In this document: one piece after another, positions 10,001-20,977 of the stretch
Numbering within the stretch: the first letter of the stretch is position 1
How the letters are laid out: each line of letters begins with the position of its first letter
From: Candidatus Taylorbacteria bacterium RIFCSPHIGHO2_01_FULL_46_22b
GTDB taxonomy: Bacteria > Patescibacteriota > Minisyncoccia > Phycocordibacterales > DSPV01
Length of the DNA: 64,000 nt
Assembly: GCA_001820875.1 (NCBI GenBank)
Contig: MHRF01000010.1
Location: forward strand, 3,371-67,370
Reading direction: 5' to 3'
Program-made: the position numbers and the translations under genes
Notes under the pieces: generated by a model
What the model saw: the letters and a program-made list of their open reading frames with translations, nothing else
What the model was told of the DNA's origin: nothing
The model's database searches: none

Positions 10001-11530
10001 ATGTCGCTTAAAATTGTACTGCTCTTGGCGGGTATTGGCACCCTCGCAGGAGTTGCACTCGGCTACTATCTGCGATTGATCATCTCCCTCGGAAAGAAAG
10101 GTTCGATGGAACTTGAGATCAAGCAGATGATGCTTGAGGCAAAAGAAGAAGCCAAACGTGTCGTAACCGATGCAGAGAAACGAGCTGAAGAAACCCTCAA
10201 AGAAACACGAGGGGAGCTCAAGGAACGAGAAGATAAATTCAAGAAGACCGAAGACCGCCTGATTAAAAAGGAGGAGCTTTTGGATAAACGCCAGAGCGAT
10301 ATTGATAAGGAAGTTGAGGACATGAAGGCAAAAGTCGCTGAGATCAAGCGAGTGAAAGACAAAGTTGATCAGATGGAGACAAGCAAACTCGCGGAAATTG
10401 AAAAAATCTCGCAATTGTCGCGAGAAGACGCAAAAAATGAACTCGTGAAGATGATCGAGAAACAGAGCGAGGAAGATCTCTTGTCGCGCATGCAGAAAAT
10501 GGAACAGTATGGCGAGGAAAAACTCGAGGGTCGCGCGAAAGAAATCCTCACAAGCGCCATTCAACGTCTTGGAAACTCCGTATCTGCTGACGTGCTCACC
10601 ACGACAGTCGCCATTCCTTCAGATGAGCTCAAAGGAAAGATTATCGGCAAAGAAGGACGAAACATCAAGGCCTTCGAGCGTATTACCGGAGTTGAACTTA
10701 TCGTGGATGACACCCCAGGAGCCATCACCATTTCTTCATTTAATCCAATCCGCAGACAGATAGCACGAGTCGCACTTGAAGAACTCATTATTGACGGACG
10801 TATCCAGCCGGCAAAAATCGAAAAGGCGGTGGAAAAAGCCGAACTAGAGATCAATAAAATTATCAAAGAAAAGGGTCAACAGGCAGCCTACGAAGCAGGC
10901 GTGATCAATCTTGATCCCCGACTTATCTCCATCCTCGGACGTCTCCACTTCCGCACAAGCTATGGCCAAAACGTACTCCAGCATTCAGTAGAAATGTCAC
11001 ATGTCGCTGGAATGATTGCAGGGGAACTCGGTGCAAACATCTCGGTGGCACGCGCCGGAGCTCTTTTGCACGATATTGGCAAAGCGGTTGACCACGAAGT
11101 ACAGGGCACACATGTCGAAATCGGACGTAGAATTCTCCAGAAATTCGGTGTTTCTGAAGAAATCGTGAAATCAATGCAGGCGCATCACGAGGAATATCCG
11201 TATGAAACCCTTGAATCTCGTATTGTGCAAACTGCTGACGCGATTTCTGGTGCGCGACCGGGTGCACGACGCGATTCCGTTGAAAACTACCTCAAACGAC
11301 TTGAAGAGCTTGAGAGCATCGCTAAATCATTCAAAGGGGTTGAGAAAGCCTATGCACTTCAAGCAGGACGCGAAATTCGTATATTTGTTACCCCAACTGA
11401 AATCACCGATCTTGAAGCAACCAAACTTGCCCGCGATGTGGCTCTGCGTATAGAAAATGAACTCCACTATCCTGGTGAAATCAAGGTAAACGTGATTCGA
11501 GAAACTCGCGTAGTTGAATTTGCGAGATAA
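10001..11530 (+). CDS. rny: Ribonuclease Y
   Basis: N-terminal TM, coiled coil, KH (KGKIIGKEGRNI), HD (LLHDIGK), ADAISGARPGAR. Confidence 0.98.
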   Translation: MSLKIVLLLAGIGTLAGVALGYYLRLIISLGKKGSMELEIKQMMLEAKEEAKRVVTDAEKRAEETLKETRGELKEREDKFKKTEDRLIKKEELLDKRQSDIDKEVEDMKAKVAEIKRVKDKVDQMETSKLAEIEKISQLSREDAKNELVKMIEKQSEEDLLSRMQKMEQYGEEKLEGRAKEILTSAIQRLGNSVSADVLTTTVAIPSDELKGKIIGKEGRNIKAFERITGVELIVDDTPGAITISSFNPIRRQIARVALEELIIDGRIQPAKIEKAVEKAELEINKIIKEKGQQAAYEAGVINLDPRLISILGRLHFRTSYGQNVLQHSVEMSHVAGMIAGELGANISVARAGALLHDIGKAVDHEVQGTHVEIGRRILQKFGVSEEIVKSMQAHHEEYPYETLESRIVQTADAISGARPGARRDSVENYLKRLEELESIAKSFKGVEKAYALQAGREIRIFVTPTEITDLEATKLARDVALRIENELHYPGEIKVNVIRETRVVEFAR

Positions 11531-11553
11531 AGAATAGCTTCCTCTAAAGATAC

Positions 11554-11589
11554 ACAAATACCACGGCTCTATAGAGCCGTGGTATTTGT
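11554..11589. terminator. Perfect 36-bp palindrome after rny
   Basis: ACAAATACCACGGCTCTA|TAGAGCCGTGGTATTTGT + T run. Confidence 0.8.
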
Positions 11590-11782
11590 TTTTACGATTG
11601 TTTGTCATTTTATATTTGTTTGACATCAAAATGGCTCTATTCCAGAGTTTTAGTGACATTTGACACTGGTTGCCTTAAAAAAGTGGTGGTATATAATAAT
11701 TTGAAGCTACGCTTGAACATTTAACCAGTTCAAGAGGCGTAAGGGGGTCGAACCTATATATTTAGTAATCAATAAAACAATC

Positions 11783-12055
11783 ATGAATAAGCAAGGAATT
11801 GCAGACGCAGTCCACGCGAAAATCGGCGGCACCAAAGTGCAAGCTGAGCAGGCGGTTGATGCGGTTATTGATTCGATCGTCTCTACCCTCACGAAGGGCG
11901 ACGAGGTCTCAATTGCGGGTCTTGGCATTTTTTCGGTCAAGGCGCGCGCAGCTCGGCAAGCACGAAACCCTCGGACAGGAGAGACAATTTCTGTCCCTGC
12001 CATGAAAGTTCCGAAGTTCCGCGCGGCAAAGGCCCTCAAAGACGCTGTCAAATAA
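11783..12055 (+). CDS. hup: DNA-binding protein HU
   Basis: MNKQ..., GLGIFSVKARAARQARNPRTGE, PKFRAAKALKDAVK. Confidence 0.97.
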   Translation: MNKQGIADAVHAKIGGTKVQAEQAVDAVIDSIVSTLTKGDEVSIAGLGIFSVKARAARQARNPRTGETISVPAMKVPKFRAAKALKDAVK

Positions 12056-12078
12056 GCTTTCAAAAGAGTTTTCTACTT

Positions 12079-12110
12079 ACATAAAACCGCCTCCTAAGGC
12101 GGTTTTATGT
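12079..12110. terminator. Bidirectional terminator
   Basis: ACATAAAACCGCCT-CCTA-AGGCGGTTTTATGT between convergent genes. Confidence 0.85.
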
Positions 12111-12182
12111 TGCATAAAGAAAATCACTTGGTACACGACGCATACCAAGTGATTGAGATGAATACCACGACTAAGGAGGGAC

Positions 12183-12845
12183 TCACCTCCCCAACTTACA
12201 GGTGAGCCCCAGATAGCATCGGAGAAAATCCTGATCATTCCGATGCTGATAGGCCACCGCAAGTGACGAAGACAACGCCGGTGAGATCTTCTGAAGCGGA
12301 ATGGGGAACACGAGCCGAGGACCGATACCCCAAGAATCCCTCTGCCCTGAATAAGAGAAGATGTTTTCCGACTCAATTCCCAATCTCATTTGGTATCTAC
12401 CGAGTGGAATTGGAGTATCCGCTGCCATCCATGTGTACAACCTTCTCCTCTCCTCGCGCGGAAAGTAGGCTAGTTCAGCCATGAGGTTAATCCTCGAGAA
12501 AGTGCGATCGAGAAGCCGGAGATCAACGACGGGGTCATTGTATCCGTCTTCATTTCTCCTCAATCCTCCCATAACCTCAAACCAACTTCCCTTTTTGCCA
12601 TACTGCCAAAGAGGACCTAGAACATGGAAGCTTGCAGTCTCATTATTCTTCGCAGTAACATCAGAAAAGATTGCCCACCCTGCTAATCCGAAACTCCCAA
12701 GTTTGTTCGTGTGGAGATCGACATATTGAATATGGAAGAGACTGCGAAATTGAAAATCGAAGGAGGTGTTACCAAGCTCCCCAGCATCGGCTTTCACTGT
12801 AGCCAAGAACAGCATAGTACCAAGACAGAGGTGTAGTTTTTTCAT
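12183..12845 (-). CDS. Secreted hypothetical protein, possible beta-barrel
   Basis: Signal peptide MKKLHLCLGTMLFLATVKADA from ATG 12845; alternating amphipathic strands. Confidence 0.75.
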   Translation of the reverse strand: MKKLHLCLGTMLFLATVKADAGELGNTSFDFQFRSLFHIQYVDLHTNKLGSFGLAGWAIFSDVTAKNNETASFHVLGPLWQYGKKGSWFEVMGGLRRNEDGYNDPVVDLRLLDRTFSRINLMAELAYFPREERRRLYTWMAADTPIPLGRYQMRLGIESENIFSYSGQRDSWGIGPRLVFPIPLQKISPALSSSLAVAYQHRNDQDFLRCYLGLTCKLGR

Positions 12846-12946
12846 AGAACATAGTTGTCTGATTGTTTGACTGACCAAGAAGTATGCTATATTATTGAAT
12901 TTGAGTGGCCAATACCACCATAGGGTGTTGATTGCCACCACCAAAT

Positions 12947-13708
12947 ATGAACCAACAAATACTCGAGGAATTGGGATTAAGCCCAAATGAAGCGAGAATA
13001 TACGAATCGCTTATAGAAAGCGGAGAATCTTCCATAAGTGATATTTCAGTTAAAGCAAAAATTCATCGCCGAAATGCGTATGATGTTATGCAACGACTCA
13101 TAAATAAAGGACTGTGCTTTCAGATTCTTTCTAGAGGAGAAAATACTTACAACGCCGTAGACCCTGATAAATTAACAGAGCTGCTGGCAGAAAAACAAGA
13201 AAACCTAGAAAGAATACTCCCCTCATTAAAAAAGAAATTCCAGTCAAGCGTTGCGCCAGAGGAAGCTTATATATACAAAGGACTCGAGGGACAAAGAAAC
13301 ATCTGGAGAGATGTGTTACGTGTTGAGCAAGACAGCTATTTTATAGGAGCAAAAGGATCTTGGTTTGATCCGAATCTTGATGCAGGAAGGGCAGCTTTCT
13401 TTAAGGAAGCCAATCGAAAAAAAATTAAATTTATTCAGCTTTTTGATTATGAAGTTAAATCAGAAATGCCCAATTTTCCCCGCCACTTCCCTGGCGATCT
13501 AAAGTATCGATTTTTACCTAAGAAATACTCGACCAATTCGGCTCTTCATATTTTTGGTGATTTTGTAGTTACCTATACAGGCGTGGCTTTAGGCAAAACT
13601 GGAAAAGACATCGTGATCTTTGTGATCCGGAGTAAAAATCTAGCTGAAAGCTACCGCACATGGTTCTGGTACATGTGGGAACAGTCCACTGAAGACAAGA
13701 AAAAATAA
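12947..13708 (+). CDS. TrmB-family transcriptional regulator
   Basis: LEELGLSPNEARIYESL wHTH, LINKGL, YKGLEG linker. Confidence 0.9.
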   Translation: MNQQILEELGLSPNEARIYESLIESGESSISDISVKAKIHRRNAYDVMQRLINKGLCFQILSRGENTYNAVDPDKLTELLAEKQENLERILPSLKKKFQSSVAPEEAYIYKGLEGQRNIWRDVLRVEQDSYFIGAKGSWFDPNLDAGRAAFFKEANRKKIKFIQLFDYEVKSEMPNFPRHFPGDLKYRFLPKKYSTNSALHIFGDFVVTYTGVALGKTGKDIVIFVIRSKNLAESYRTWFWYMWEQSTEDKKK

Positions 13709-13715
13709 CCTTAGC

Positions 13716-13878
13716 GGTGCGGGACGGGAGAATCTCTCCTTACAGGAGCAGTCTCCTGTTTGGATTTTCTTTTCGCCCAACAAGGGCTTAACAAAATACT
13801 CAAACAGGCTTCGATTCCCCCACGAAAGCGTCTCCACGCTTTCTGTCCCACACAAAAACCCCTTGCGGGGGCTTTTTA
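13716..13878 (-). mobile_element. Structured insertion at the tRNA-Gly(TCC) 3' end with inverted and direct target copies
   Basis: Direct copy 13718-13734 = 13879-13895; inverted copy TTCGATTCCCCC...GTCCCACA 13810-13852, interrupted by a hairpin. Confidence 0.7.
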
Positions 13879-13949
13879 TGCGGGACGGGAGAATCGAACT
13901 CCCACCAAGAGTTTGGAAAACTCCTATTCTACCATTAAACTAGTCCCGC
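13879..13949 (-). tRNA. tRNA-Gly(TCC)
   Basis: GCGGGAC acceptor stem, anticodon arm GGAGT-TTTCCAA-ACTCT, GTTCGATTC T-loop; CCA not encoded. Confidence 0.95.
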
Positions 13950-14030
13950 GACGTATACATACTCAAGTGCACCACATGGTAGCAAAAACCGACAGCAGCC
14001 GCAATGGAGATGTCGCGATATAATAGCGAC

Positions 14031-15206
14031 ATGCTCTCAATTCTCATATCACTCAAAAATATGTTGATCGGACTAATTGTCTCTGTTGGGCTTTGGCTTG
14101 TACCTATTTCAACACAAATACTCCAAGAACCTGTCTCAAGCACAACAACCGCATCAAAAACAACGGTTGTAAGCACATCAACACACGCACAAGTTATTCC
14201 TGCAAAGACAGCATCAACAAGCAAGCAATCACCTCCCCCAAAGACAACGGCAGTCATACCAACACAAAAACCAATTGAAACATCGGTTGTAGTGGTACCC
14301 CCACTAATCCCAAACCAACCAGTAACAGACACAAGCCCTACCCCTTCGTGGGATGAAATAAACGAGAGTGCGCGAAAGGCAACAGTCAATATACTTTGCA
14401 CATCGGCAAGCGGAGGACTCTTAAGTCCGTTGTCGGCAAGCGGTGTCATTATTGACCCGCAAGGCGTCATCCTAACCAACGCCCACGTAGCGCAGTATTT
14501 TTTAATCAAAGACTATCCAATTAAAGGATTTCTTGAGTGTGTCATCCGACAAGATAGCCCCGCAAAACCCCTATACCACGCTGATTTATTGTACATATCA
14601 CCCACGTGGGTAACAGAACACTACGAAGAAATGCTTGAACAAACTCCCACCGGCACCGGCGAACGAGACTTCGCACTGCTCATCATTCGTGATGGTGTCG
14701 GACCTACCATTCAATTACCGCAAAATTTTCCATACCTTCCGATTTCCCTCATTGATTCACCAACGATTGTCGGTCATCCAGTGATTCTCTCTGCATATCC
14801 CGCAGGATTTCTTGGTGGCATCTTGATACAGACTAACCTCTATCTTTCTTCCGCACCGGCAACCATCCAAGATGTCTTCACTTTTGGAGACACAACTGTT
14901 GACCTCGTTTCTCTCGGGGGGAGTGTTGTTGCACAACACGGATCATCAGGGGGGCCAGTGGTAACAAGCGACGGGAAGGTTTTGGGTATCGTAGTTACAA
15001 GCAGCGAAGCACAAAGTACGGGTGGGCGCAATCTTGATGCAATCACCCTCTCATACATCAATCGTAGTTTCACTGAAGAAATCAAAATCGATCTCCCTAC
15101 ATTTCTGAAAAATAATCTAAAAAATACTGCTGCGGCTTTCTCAACCGACGTAGCGCCCGCACTCACCAAATTATATACAGAGCTTTTCCAAAAAAGCGGA
15201 CGTTAA
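14031..15206 (+). CDS. Membrane-anchored trypsin-like serine protease with Thr/Pro linker
   Basis: LTNAHV, RDFALL, HGSSGGP triad; TATAAT 6 nt before ATG 14031. Confidence 0.9.
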   Translation: MLSILISLKNMLIGLIVSVGLWLVPISTQILQEPVSSTTTASKTTVVSTSTHAQVIPAKTASTSKQSPPPKTTAVIPTQKPIETSVVVVPPLIPNQPVTDTSPTPSWDEINESARKATVNILCTSASGGLLSPLSASGVIIDPQGVILTNAHVAQYFLIKDYPIKGFLECVIRQDSPAKPLYHADLLYISPTWVTEHYEEMLEQTPTGTGERDFALLIIRDGVGPTIQLPQNFPYLPISLIDSPTIVGHPVILSAYPAGFLGGILIQTNLYLSSAPATIQDVFTFGDTTVDLVSLGGSVVAQHGSSGGPVVTSDGKVLGIVVTSSEAQSTGGRNLDAITLSYINRSFTEEIKIDLPTFLKNNLKNTAAAFSTDVAPALTKLYTELFQKSGR

Positions 15207-15499
15207 TCTTTCTTGGGTTTCAAAAGCATATCAAGATCATCACGAGGAGCAGTTCGATTAGGCTTTTCATATCCACACCGAACACAGCGGTGCAATAGTA
15301 TATAGTCCCCTTTCTTCAACGAAAGCGACAAGGGCTCCATCAAACCCCCACACAAAGCGCTACGGTCACCCGGAGTTACATCAACATGCTTACTCCAGAG
15401 ACAAACTGGACAATGATTGGTATACCCGTTACCAAAAACCTGCATACCGCAGTGCTCGCAGATGAAATCTTCTTTATTTTTTTGAAATTGCAGAGACAT
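15203..15499 (-). CDS. RNHCP-domain zinc-binding protein
   Basis: F.CEHCG, TNHCPVCLWSKHVD, PGDR...CGGLM, HRCVRCG. Confidence 0.9.
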   Translation of the reverse strand: MSLQFQKNKEDFICEHCGMQVFGNGYTNHCPVCLWSKHVDVTPGDRSALCGGLMEPLSLSLKKGDYILLHRCVRCGYEKPNRTAPRDDLDMLLKPKKD

Positions 15500-16329
15500 T
15501 TAACGCGGCAGGAAAATTCTACCATTAGCTTGGCGTAAAAGCCCCTCTCTAACCATTTGAGAGATTGCCGACTGCACCAGTTTCAATGATATATGTTCTC
15601 TCGAATACAAACGACAAGCTTGCTTGGATGTCATAGAGCCTTCCGCTACCTGTCTAAGAATCCTCCCGCGCAATTGCCGGCGAGATCCGACAAATGGTTT
15701 CTGTTTTGCGTAATGCACACTGTGGACATTAGCGTTACCTACCGTCTTTTTTATCCAAGCACCATAGTCCATAAGCGCTTGATACCACTCGGCCGGCCGG
15801 CGCGCATCAAGCGTTACTTTCACCAGTTTCAACAATACAGAATCACTGACCTTCTTCCTCCGTGGGAAAAAATGATGGATATACACCGTACGTATGTTTG
15901 TTTCAATAAAAACAGCGGGTTGGTTGAATGCAAACGCACATACCGCTGCCGCAGTGTACGGACCAACACCAGGCAATGTATCCAACACGGAAGCATCTTT
16001 GGGAATCATTCCTCTATATTCACGTACAATAATTTCTCCAGCACGCTTGAGATACAATGCCCTTCTGTTATACCCTAAACCGCTCCACAAACGAATAACG
16101 GAGGCAAGCGGTGCCTGCGCTAACAACTCAACGGTAGGAAATTTTTTGACAAACGTGCGAAAAAACGGAACAACCCGATCTGCCTGCGTTTGTTGCAACA
16201 TGATCTCTGAAACCAATATGCGATAGGGGTCTCTAGTCTGCCGCCACGGAAACACTCTACCCTGATCACGGTAGTGCTTCCATACCACATTCCGAAACAA
16301 CTTAACGTCCTTTAGAGGTGGACTCATAA

Positions 16330-16333
<4 letters not shown>
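15500..16333 (-). CDS. mutY: A/G-specific adenine glycosylase (short, no Fe-S motif)
   Basis: PWRQTRDPYRILVSEIMLQQTQ, WSGLGYNRRA, HhH LPGVGPYTA. Confidence 0.88.
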
Positions 16334-17921
<1,588 letters not shown>

Positions 17922-17959
17922 TCATGATTTCAAGAGAAATGCCATTCTGAAGTCTCTCT

Positions 17960-18134
17960 GGTTGCTGGGAGTGACCCTCCCCAGACGCAAGCTCCGCTTG
18001 CTCACTTCTCGCTTCGCTCGGGCTGCTGGGACGTCTCGACTACCGTCGCGGGTGAGTTTCGATCTGCCTGCGGCAGACAACGAAACCCCTTTCGACTCCC
18101 AACATAAGCTACGCAGGTAGCTTATTGCACTCCT
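17960..18134 (-). mobile_element. Structured insertion(s) at the tRNA-Pro 3' end with inverted and direct target copies
   Basis: Direct copy 18018-18031 = 18135-18148; inverted copy TTCGACTCCCAACA 18091-18104; second degenerate copy 17960-18003. Confidence 0.7.
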
Positions 18135-18205
18135 TCGGGCTGCTGGGAGTCGAACCCAGACCGCTTGCTCCCAAAGCAAGCATACTACCGCTATACTACA
18201 GCCCG
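18135..18205 (-). tRNA. tRNA-Pro(TGG)
   Basis: CGGGCTG acceptor stem, CTTGC-TTTGGGA-GCAAG anticodon arm, GTTCGACTC; CCA not encoded. Confidence 0.95.
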
Positions 18206-18255
18206 TTTATCAGATACAAAAGAATCCTAACATAAAATGTGTGTGGCCCAAAGAC

Positions 18256-18633
18256 TTAGGACAACACATCAGCAATCATTTTTACTCGTGCAATCTTTTT
18301 ATCTTCATCCAACACCACAGAAATCACCGCAAACTCCCACAGAGAATCCACACCCAAACCCGCCTGAGACAGGTAGATCTGCACGGTTCTAGACAAACGT
18401 TTCAATTTCGTACCAGTTACGTGCTCTTCTGGACGATATCCATCACCGCCCAAAGACCCACTCTCCTCTGTTGACTTGACTTCAACAAACAAAAGTGTTC
18501 CAGATTTTTTGGCAATAATATCAATCTCACCAAATTTCTTACGAAAGTTTCTTCCTATAACTACATATCCTTTTTTCTCAAGAAAATCACAAGAAATCTC
18601 TTCTCCCAATTTTCCTATATTTATATGATCCAT
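18256..18633 (-). CDS. yraN: YraN (UPF0102) family endonuclease-like protein
   Basis: GKLGEE, KGY..I.RNF, GEIDIIA, FVEVK. Confidence 0.92.
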   Translation of the reverse strand: MDHINIGKLGEEISCDFLEKKGYVVIGRNFRKKFGEIDIIAKKSGTLLFVEVKSTEESGSLGGDGYRPEEHVTGTKLKRLSRTVQIYLSQAGLGVDSLWEFAVISVVLDEDKKIARVKMIADVLS

Positions 18634-18638
18634 TGAGA

Positions 18639-18794
18639 TTTCACATGAAAGTAAGACTTTTACCTGTTACTAAGTAACATCGAAACATCGCAAAAAGACA
18701 TTTAAATCACTAAACGGCCTAAAATAGGCTCTTTTTAAAGTTAAAGAGACATAACAAACTGTCTTTTATACACATATACACAGACTTATCCACA
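18639..18794. promoter_or_regulatory. parS-like site and DnaA-box cluster
   Basis: TTTCACATGAAA 18639; TGTTACTAAGTAACA palindrome 18665; TTATACACA 18766; perfect TTATCCACA 18786. Confidence 0.55.
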
Positions 18795-18878
18795 TAATCA
18801 ATCTAAAAGCAGAAAATCCTTATAATACAGAGAAAATGTAGGAGTGATCATGAATCGAGGCATAAAAGACACTCTTAT

Positions 18879-18952
18879 TGGTGCGGGTAGGGAGAATCGA
18901 ACTCCCGTCTTGTCCTTGGCAAGGACACATTCTACCACTAAACCATACCCGC
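18879..18952 (-). tRNA. tRNA-Gly(GCC)
   Basis: GCGGGTA acceptor stem, TGTCC-TTGCCAA-GGACA anticodon arm, encoded CCA. Confidence 0.96.
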
Positions 18953-19069
18953 ATTTCTCATCAAGATTCAAAAAAACAACTGGTGGGATGAGCCATGGTA
19001 ACATTTTTTTTTCCAAATATCTACTTCCGCGGGGACAAATAACTGAAAATATCGTAGAATGCCAAGTAA

Positions 19070-19141
19070 GCTCCCGTAGTGAAACGGATATCACAACGGT
19101 CTTCGGAACCGTTATTGCAGGTTCGAGTCCTGCCGGGAGCA
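19070..19141 (+). tRNA. tRNA-Arg(TCG)
   Basis: GCTCCCG/CGGGAGC acceptor stem, ACGGT-CTTCGGA-ACCGT anticodon arm, GTTCGAGTC. Confidence 0.95.
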
Positions 19142-19152
19142 TTGAATGCTGT

Positions 19153-20655
19153 ATGAAAAAAGAAACTCTATTTACCATCCCAAATGAAGTAGTTGAGGTT
19201 GCTAAAACCCTAGAAAAGAAGGGTTTTGAGGCATTTCTCATTGGTGGATGCACTAGAGATCTTCTGATCGGTCGAACTCCCAAAGATTGGGACATCACCA
19301 CTAATGCGACTCCTAAAGAAATCATTTCATTATTCACAAAAACATTTTATGAAAATGAATACGGAACGGTGGGAGTTGTAAATGAAAACACAGAAGATAT
19401 TTCGCTCAAAGTAATTGAGGTTACCCCGTATCGTCTGGAATCTACCTATTCAAACAAACGCCACCCTGATGAAATAAAATTCGGAAAAAAGATCGAGGAG
19501 GATCTTAAACGAAGAGACTTCACTATAAACGCCATCGCGGTAAAAGTGGTTGAATCTAAAGGACAGAAAAATTATAAAGGACAAATTATAGACCCTTATA
19601 AAGGACAGTCGGATATATCTGAAAAAATTATAAGGACAGTAGGAGACCCTGATGAAAGACTTCAAGAAGATGCTTTGCGTATAGTAAGAGCACTAAGATT
19701 AGCCACGGAGTTGAGTTTCATGATTAACACAGAGACTCAAGTGTCTATCAAAAAAAATATATCGCTTTTAAAAGAGATTTCACGTGAAAGAGTTCGGGAT
19801 GAATTTATAAAAATACTGATGTCAGACAACCCAATGAAAGGGCTTGAGATGTGTCATGAATACGGACTACTAAAAATATTTCTTCCAGAACTTGAGGCAG
19901 GTATAGGAAATAAACAGAACAAAGCCCATGCATACGACGTATGGGAGCATTCATTGCGAACACTTCAGCACTCTGCTAAAAACAAGTGGTCTCTTGAAGT
20001 AAGACTTGCAGCGCTTTTTCACGATATCGGAAAACCTCCTTCTAGATTATGGTCAGAAGAGAAAGGCGACTGGACTTTTCACGGACATGACATGGTTGGA
20101 TCAAAGATAACAGCAAAAATACTTTCTAGATTAATGTTTCCTGTGAAAACTATAGAAAAGGTAGTAAAGCTAGTTCGCTGGCACATGTTCTTCTCTGACA
20201 CAGACCAGATAACCTTATCTTCTGTGCGAAGGCTTTTAAGAAATGTTGGAAAAGATTCGATTTGGGATCTAATGAATGTTCGAGCATGTGATCGTATAGG
20301 AACGGGTAGACCCAAAGAACAACCCTACCGTCTAAGAAAATACCACTCGATGATCGAAGAGGTTATGCATGATCCAGTTAGTGTTTCGATGCTTAAGATA
20401 AATGGGGCTAAAATCATGGAGATTGCTGGTATCAATCCTAGCCCTAAGATAGGCCATATTTTGCACGCCCTTCTTGAAGAAGTTATGGAGGATCCAAAAC
20501 TCAACACTACAGAATATCTTGAGAAAAGAGTTACAGATCTAAATAAAATGACTGAAAAGGAACTTCAAAATTTGGGTGACATGGGAAAAGCAAAGAAAAA
20601 TGCCCAAGAAGAGTCTGCTATAAAAAAGATACGAGAAAAATACTGGGTAAAGTGA
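19153..20655 (+). CDS. cca: CCA tRNA nucleotidyltransferase with HD domain
   Basis: IGGCTRD, DWDITT, DLKRRDFTINA, EDALR, LFHDIGK. True start ATG 19153; the longer ORF overlaps tRNAs. Confidence 0.93.
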   Translation: MKKETLFTIPNEVVEVAKTLEKKGFEAFLIGGCTRDLLIGRTPKDWDITTNATPKEIISLFTKTFYENEYGTVGVVNENTEDISLKVIEVTPYRLESTYSNKRHPDEIKFGKKIEEDLKRRDFTINAIAVKVVESKGQKNYKGQIIDPYKGQSDISEKIIRTVGDPDERLQEDALRIVRALRLATELSFMINTETQVSIKKNISLLKEISRERVRDEFIKILMSDNPMKGLEMCHEYGLLKIFLPELEAGIGNKQNKAHAYDVWEHSLRTLQHSAKNKWSLEVRLAALFHDIGKPPSRLWSEEKGDWTFHGHDMVGSKITAKILSRLMFPVKTIEKVVKLVRWHMFFSDTDQITLSSVRRLLRNVGKDSIWDLMNVRACDRIGTGRPKEQPYRLRKYHSMIEEVMHDPVSVSMLKINGAKIMEIAGINPSPKIGHILHALLEEVMEDPKLNTTEYLEKRVTDLNKMTEKELQNLGDMGKAKKNAQEESAIKKIREKYWVK

Positions 20656-20665
20656 GAAAAGAAAA

Positions 20666-20714
20666 AGCCGCCTAGTAGAGAAAGGAGATTTTAGTGGGAA
20701 AAATCTAGGCGGCT
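20666..20714. terminator. Hairpin with large loop, T-tract on the minus strand
   Basis: AGCCGCCTAG...CTAGGCGGCT, preceded by A runs. Confidence 0.6.
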
Positions 20715-20977
20715 GGTGGAAGAGCTCGCCCAGGGAAAGAATGTGTGTGGTTCACGTGAAAACCACGATCCGGTACCCAATTTGTTGGTTGTACGCACCG
20801 GTAAACATCTCCGAGCTGTCTTCTCAAAAGAGAGTAAAACTTTTACTCATCTTTTTTATTCGAAGGAACATTGTGTGCCCAAAGCAACTCGAGAGCGAGA
20901 AACCCAGACACCTAAAGATAGTATATAGTTTATAAAAGACATGTAAAGGACAACTGTGGATAAATGTCCTTTAGAAG

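Noticed and set aside
11707-12063. Antisense ORF over hup, and similar shadow ORFs over nusA, hppA, rny, pnp and virB4
   Set aside because: Opposite-strand or out-of-frame shadows of well-supported genes
13760-14023. ORFs across the tRNA-Gly region (and 17854/17922 across tRNA-Pro)
   Set aside because: Overlap tRNAs and hairpin elements; no protein features
18844-19152. 103-aa N-terminal extension of cca in the ORF track
   Set aside because: Overlaps two clear tRNAs; homology starts at ATG 19153
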